Assembly (NCBI GenBank): GCA_965370715.1
Contig: CBDUVQ010000001.1
Location: 1-39,699, forward strand
Length of the DNA stretch: 39,699 nucleotides
Source of the DNA: an uncultured archaeon
Lineage (GTDB): Archaea > EX4484-52 > B79-G9
Direction of reading: 5' to 3'
Shown in pieces: positions 35,603 to 39,699 of this stretch. A program made the position numbers and the translations under genes. The notes under the pieces were generated by a model. It was given only the letters and a program-made list of their open reading frames with translations. It made no database searches and was not told the DNA's origin. Positions within the stretch are counted from its first letter, which is position 1; the number at the start of each line of letters is the position of its first letter.

Positions 35603-35715
35603 AGCCCCGGGCGAGATTCGAACTCGCGACCTTTGCCTTACCAAGGCAACGCTTTTGGCGGGCAATACTAAAATGATACAAATTCTTTACCCTCTACCGG
35701 CTGAGCCACCGGGGC
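35603..35715 (-). tRNA. tRNA-Thr (anticodon GGU) with a 40-nt intron in the D-stem/position 24-25 region and no encoded CCA
   Basis: The reverse complement reads GCCCCGG UG GCUC AGCCGGUA GAG [40 nt] C G UUGCC UUGGUAA GGCAA AGGUC GCGAG UUCGAAU CUCGC CCGGGGC U. The intron is about 35652-35691 in plus-strand coordinates (junction ambiguous by 1 nt). The exon sequence is a typical archaeal tRNA-Thr. Confidence 0.85.
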
Positions 35716-35739
35716 ATAAAAAAGAAATATACTTTATTC

Positions 35740-35747
35740 TATTTATA
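35740..35747 (-). promoter_or_regulatory. TATA box (TATAAATA on the minus strand) ~28 nt upstream of tRNA-Thr
   Basis: On the minus strand TATAAATA is followed by 24 nt and then tRNA position 1. Confidence 0.45.
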
Positions 35748-35761
35748 GTCTGTGCTGCCTT

Positions 35762-35932
35762 CTACCCGGCTGATTTCAGATCCTTCTTCTTAAGCCGGAG
35801 GGACTTTGAGCCGCATTTTCTGCACTTTGTCTTCTCGATTTTGCCGCTTCTGATTTTAGCGTTGCACTTTCTGCAGATATAGATGTTCTTGAAGACTCGC
35901 TCCTCAACAACAGGGTCTTTTGGTTTTGCCAT
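35762..35932 (-). CDS. rpl40e: Large-subunit ribosomal protein eL40 (L40e)
   Basis: Hand translation gives MAKPKDPVVEERVFKNIYICRKCNAKIRSGKIEKTKCRKCGSKSLRLKKKDLKSAG (56 aa). The CRKC...CRKCG zinc-ribbon pattern and basic tail are typical of archaeal L40e. The gene is below the 60-aa cut-off of the supplied track. Confidence 0.85.
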   Translation of the reverse strand: MAKPKDPVVEERVFKNIYICRKCNAKIRSGKIEKTKCRKCGSKSLRLKKKDLKSAG

Positions 35933-35971
35933 AAGAATCACAATTTAGAATAGATGTTGTGTCAGGAACAT

Positions 35972-36568
35972 TTAAATGCTTTCCCTAAGCGCTGAAATGA
36001 ATTCACCAGACCAATCTACGTTACCTGGCAAGTGTTTTTCACGATTCTTGCCGCAAATCAATGCAATTGCTTCGCATGCTAGCGCATTCGGGGAGGTTCT
36101 TGTTGTATCTATTTCAAATACATTTTTGCATTTTTTCCGAGCCTCTAAAAGGCAGACACCAAGAGCTTCAGCCTCTATATTTTCCTTTACTTTTTCCTTG
36201 CTCCAGCCACGCAAAGAAAGCCGCCTTTTCAGTTCCACAGGATTCAGGCGAAGAACAATAATAATATCCGGGCTGCAAAAATGAGAAAGATGCCCATCGA
36301 GTATTGTGTTGCCTTTGATTGCATCTGCTTTTTTTCCAAGCTTTTTTTCGTCAACTATCCAGGAACCGCGTTTCACATCCTTTTCTGCAAAAAGCCCGTG
36401 CTTTTCTGCGAATTCATTTACATCTATAAGCAGGTGCCCGGTTTTCTTTGAAATGATTTTTGATAACGTACTTTTTCCTGTTCCTGGTGTGCCTGTGATT
36501 GCAACTCTTGACACTTTTTTTCTGAGGTCATCAAAGCAAGGATTGATAAAGTTTTTCGAAGAATTCAT
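35972..36568 (-). CDS. Fap7/AK6-type putative adenylate kinase (ribosome-biogenesis NTPase)
   Basis: P-loop ITGTPGTGKSTLSK followed by LIDVNEFAEKHGL, with DGHLSHF and VLRLNP..L..RL. Size and order match archaeal Fap7-like kinases, with a ~20-aa N-terminal extension. Confidence 0.8.
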   Translation of the reverse strand: MNSSKNFINPCFDDLRKKVSRVAITGTPGTGKSTLSKIISKKTGHLLIDVNEFAEKHGLFAEKDVKRGSWIVDEKKLGKKADAIKGNTILDGHLSHFCSPDIIIVLRLNPVELKRRLSLRGWSKEKVKENIEAEALGVCLLEARKKCKNVFEIDTTRTSPNALACEAIALICGKNREKHLPGNVDWSGEFISALRESI

Positions 36569-36638
36569 AAAGGTATTTATAGAAAGATTGTCTTATAAAA
36601 AGTAAGATTTACAATATTTGAGCGCATTATGTGGGTTA

Positions 36639-39600
36639 ATGAGAACACTCTCCTGTCTTTTCGTGGTTGCCGTTGTTTTTGCCCTGCTTTTGGTTTCTCC
36701 TGCATCGGCAGAAGAGTATGTAATCCTCACACCAAACAACAGTTCTTCTTATTATGATGAAGGCTTCAACCAGACAGCAACAGACATAAACACAACTCTT
36801 TCGCCAAATGCAACGATTGTGCGATTTGACTTAATTAATGATACTGTAAGAACATCTGTTGCATCAAAAAATCCAAAATACATTTATCTTGTAATGCAGG
36901 CAGCAAACCTTTCCCCTGATTTTCTGAATTCTGTTGACAACCTCACAAAATATCTTGACAGCGACCCGTATGTTGACGCAGGCTGGAGCATCATAACAGG
37001 GTATGACAACACCTCAGCAAAAAACCTTTTTGACAGGGACATGGATTCTGCGTGGAGCAACAACTATGTTTTTGTGCCGAACAATGCAAACGCTCAGGTT
37101 GCGGCTGGGACTCAAATCGCATCGCTTTTTAGCACGTCTGCTGTAACAGACGCAAGCGCGACAAATGAATCAATATACAATGCGCTTTCAACAATCAGCC
37201 CGGTAACAGATTTTGTTTACTTTTCGGCAGACCCTGCAGTGTATTCGTCCATATCTACAAAGCTATTTTCCGGAGAAGGTGCAGCATGCCCTGAAGCAAA
37301 TGAGGGTTCCGGAGCCCTTTGCATTAGTAACATGAATGTAAACAGGCTACTATTTTTTGCAGATGCTTCTGAAGCAGCAAGGGTAAACGGAACAAATTCT
37401 GATTCCACCTGGCTTTCAGATAATTCTGTTGCAAATTACAGCTTTTCACTTCCTATTGGTTTTTTATCATCAATAAATTCAGACGCTGCCGCATCATATA
37501 TCGGGCCTCACTCAACTCGATGGGTTTCATCAGAGAATATTGCAAAGTTCTTTACATCTTCGCTGAGCTATGGAAACGATATAGTATCCGCCCTCAGGTT
37601 TGCGAAAAACATGCTTTTGTTCAATGGAGAAAATGAATCGCTGTCTTCAAATTTTACTGAGTTTATTGCAGCAGAATACAACCTGTTCGGAAAAATGCAA
37701 AAGCCTTCAGCAGCATCAGCGCCTCAAAAGACATACAGCTTATCTTTTTCAAGAACCCATGAAAGTAATCCAGTAATATATTCTGAAAACATCACGAACA
37801 TAACATGGAATAATACAGTCACGGTTTCAGTGCCTTCAACAATAGCGGCACTGTATAGCCCGGTATCAGGCTGGGCTTCCTCAAACGCTTCAGTCTGGTA
37901 TAAAAACGTCTTAGAGCCATCGGGCGGTAAGGTGAATTTCTCATTTGTTTCTGCCATCTCGGGAGAAATTATTCCTGATTCTGCAACATTAAGTATACAA
38001 AACTACAATGGCACCTCAGCAGAGCAAAACATAACTGCTTTTAACATCTCTGTCAATGAGACCTACACACGGTATAATGCAAACGAATCTCTTCAAAACC
38101 ATCCTGCGCTGAGGTATGAATCAGATGTTGACAGAATCTATTTTGCACGTCTTTTCTCGCCAAATGCAACGCTTTCCGGCACCATTTCACAAGTTGATGT
38201 TATATACATCACAAGCGGTGTTACAACAAACAGAACTGCAATAACCGGAACAGAAAATGTCCTTGGGGAAACATTTGACATGATAAATCCTGCAGATGAA
38301 CCAATAACCTATGCATCCCTGCTTTATGAGCTTCCTTTTAATATCACGTCAAATTGTTCCGTTTCCGGAACAAACTGCTCAATAATTGATGTGGGCAATA
38401 CAAGATATGCCAATATAACATATTCATCAATAGCTTCCGGGATTACAACAAAGACCATATCGTACAACACAACACTTGATGTTAATACAACTAAAAACTA
38501 TTCTGTGTTTAATCTTGGCGAAACAATGACAATTATAATCAACATTACATCCACTGAAAACAGCACGGTTCTGGATTACGTTGCAAAGCTTGTTAATTCA
38601 ACTTCAGGAACGGTCTTATGGTCAAGCACAACAGAAGACATAATGCTTTCTTCATCAGGAGTTGTCAACACAACAATAGACAACTACGCCATTCCGCAAA
38701 CAACTAGTCCTGGAATATACACTCTGAAAACATATTATTTGTCCAATTCCACAAGCCATTACGCATCTTATGACTCAGTACCCATACAAATTACAAATGA
38801 GCTTAACCTGTCAAATACAACCTTCACAGCTACAGTCCTTAACAAGACATCTAAATACTATTTATTTGTGAATGACAGCATAACTGCCACGGGAAATGTC
38901 TATGACGTTCATGGAGACGCTATTGTTGGAGGTATAGTAAATATATCTCTTGTTGGAAGCATAGTAGAAAACTATACAGACGATTCAACCGGCTCTGCAG
39001 GCGAATATTCTGCACCCTTCAGCTGGACAGGGAGTTCAATAGGAAACAAGGTTCTTCGTGTAATTGCAACATATAACAATAACACAAAAACGCAAAATGA
39101 CACACTTTATATCACCCGTTACATAGGCGACACCATCTCCGTAACTTTTGACAAGACACTAAGCACAATAGAGAATAGAACAATATACAACAGATGGGAA
39201 ACACCAAAAATAACAGTAACTGTAAAAGATCCAAGCGGAGGGTCAAACTATGTTTACAAAGCGCTTGTTTCTGACAACGGAGGTCTTCCAGGCATTGGAG
39301 GAGACACAGAAACGGCATTAAACGGTAGCGCCACAATTACCTTTGACCCCTCAACAACAAGCACATATTTGATAAATGTTTCAGCACACTCTCCGCTCAA
39401 CACAACAAAGGTTGTGTACAACGCCACAAGATCGTTGAATATAATGTGGCTGGAAGCTGGCAGCGGATATTTTGTGGGAACTCAGACCCCGTCTTCTGCA
39501 AAGAAAGATTCTTCAGTAACCTTTACAGGCAATCTTACACTCAATGCCTATTCCGGAGCAAACACAACTCTCATTACAAACCCCACCTTGACATATAATT

Positions 39601-39699
39601 TGAATGTTAGTGGAAGCGATGTAACGGCTGCATCAAGTTGCACCGGCGGAACCATTTCAGGTGTGGACAGAACGTTTTCAATTACATGCGAGCCCCAAC
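36639..39699 (+). CDS. Large secreted surface protein (S-layer/adhesin-like), rich in N-glycosylation sequons; 3'-truncated by the window end
   Basis: The ATG at 36639 opens a frame that I checked codon by codon for ~400 codons (36639-37860). No competing plus-strand ORF is listed through 39699. Signal peptide MRTLSCLFVVAVVFALLLVSPASA|EE. Dozens of N-x-S/T sequons (e.g. NITNITWNNT, NISVNET, NSTSGT, NLSNTT). It is absent from the ORF track because it has no stop inside the window. Confidence 0.8.
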   Translation, partial: MRTLSCLFVVAVVFALLLVSPASAEEYVILTPNNSSSYYDEGFNQTATDINTTLSPNATIVRFDLINDTVRTSVASKNPKYIYLVMQAANLSPDFLNSVDNLTKYLDSDPYVDAGWSIITGYDNTSAKNLFDRDMDSAWSNNYVFVPNNANAQVAAGTQIASLFSTSAVTDASATNESIYNALSTISPVTDFVYFSADPAVYSSISTKLFSGEGAACPEANEGSGALCISNMNVNRLLFFADASEAARVNGTNSDSTWLSDNSVANYSFSLPIGFLSSINSDAAASYIGPHSTRWVSSENIAKFFTSSLSYGNDIVSALRFAKNMLLFNGENESLSSNFTEFIAAEYNLFGKMQKPSAASAPQKTYSLSFSRTHESNPVIYSENITNITWNNTVTVSVPSTIAALYSPVSGWASSNASVWYKNVLEPSGGKVNFSFVSAISGEIIPDSATLSIQNYNGTSAEQNITAFNISVNETYTRYNANESLQNHPALRYESDVDRIYFARLFSPNATLSGTISQVDVIYITSGVTTNRTAITGTENVLGETFDMINPADEPITYASLLYELPFNITSNCSVSGTNCSIIDVGNTRYANITYSSIASGITTKTISYNTTLDVNTTKNYSVFNLGETMTIIINITSTENSTVLDYVAKLVNSTSGTVLWSSTTEDIMLSSSGVVNTTIDNYAIPQTTSPGIYTLKTYYLSNSTSHYASYDSVPIQITNELNLSNTTFTATVLNKTSKYYLFVNDSITATGNVYDVHGDAIVGGIVNISLVGSIVENYTDDSTGSAGEYSAPFSWTGSSIGNKVLRVIATYNNNTKTQNDTLYITRYIGDTISVTFDKTLSTIENRTIYNRWETPKITVTVKDPSGGSNYVYKALVSDNGGLPGIGGDTETALNGSATITFDPSTTSTYLINVSAHSPLNTTKVVYNATRSLNIMWLEAGSGYFVGTQTPSSAKKDSSVTFTGNLTLNAYSGANTTLITNPTLTYNLNVSGSDVTAASSCTGGTISGVDRTFSITCEPQ

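Noticed and set aside
35552-35665. N-terminal 38 codons of track ORF 34139..35665
   Set aside because: This segment is the reverse-strand reading of tRNA-Thr. A signal-peptide-bearing Met at 35551, with a TATA box 25 nt upstream, is the better start.

Overview
This window looks like a gene-dense archaeal chromosomal segment. The archaeal assignment rests on FEN-1, ribosomal protein eL40, an XPD helicase, Nre, a Fap7-type kinase, tRNAs with bulge-helix-bulge introns, A/T-only TATA-like boxes about 25 nt upstream of many ATGs, and GGTGA-type Shine-Dalgarno motifs at several starts. A small-genome uncultivated lineage (DPANN-like) is a plausible source, but that is inference only.

Most of the content is housekeeping:
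- a five-gene DapL-type lysine operon (dapB-dapA-lysA-dapF-dapL)
- PEP synthase, IleRS and MetRS
- RNase HIII, a HIT hydrolase and an A24 prepilin/preflagellin peptidase
- a SAM methyltransferase, a MoaD/SAMP-like protein ending in GG, and a sugar-phosphate nucleotidyltransferase
- a HAD phosphatase and Pcm
- an XPD-Nre repair pair
- a ribose-1,5-bisphosphate isomerase - CYTH - form III RuBisCO operon
- three tRNAs

Observations most worth follow-up:
1. tRNA-Pro(CGG) is interrupted by two introns at non-canonical positions (D-loop and T-loop). Both have readable bulge-helix-bulge structures.
2. tRNA-Thr(GGU) carries a 40-nt intron in the D-stem region.
3. A roughly 550-bp AT-rich non-coding region carries five exact copies of TTTGACAGTT, three direct and two inverted. 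It could be a replication origin, an iteron array or an operator array.
4. A CYTH (triphosphate tunnel) gene is wedged and translationally coupled between the R15P isomerase and RuBisCO genes.
5. Two real genes are missing from the supplied ORF track: a 56-codon eL40 gene, and an open-ended ORF of more than 1000 codons for a secreted, sequon-rich surface protein that runs off the window end.

No CRISPR array, rRNA or clear mobile element was seen. All calls come from reading the sequence and the translations by eye; no searches were run.
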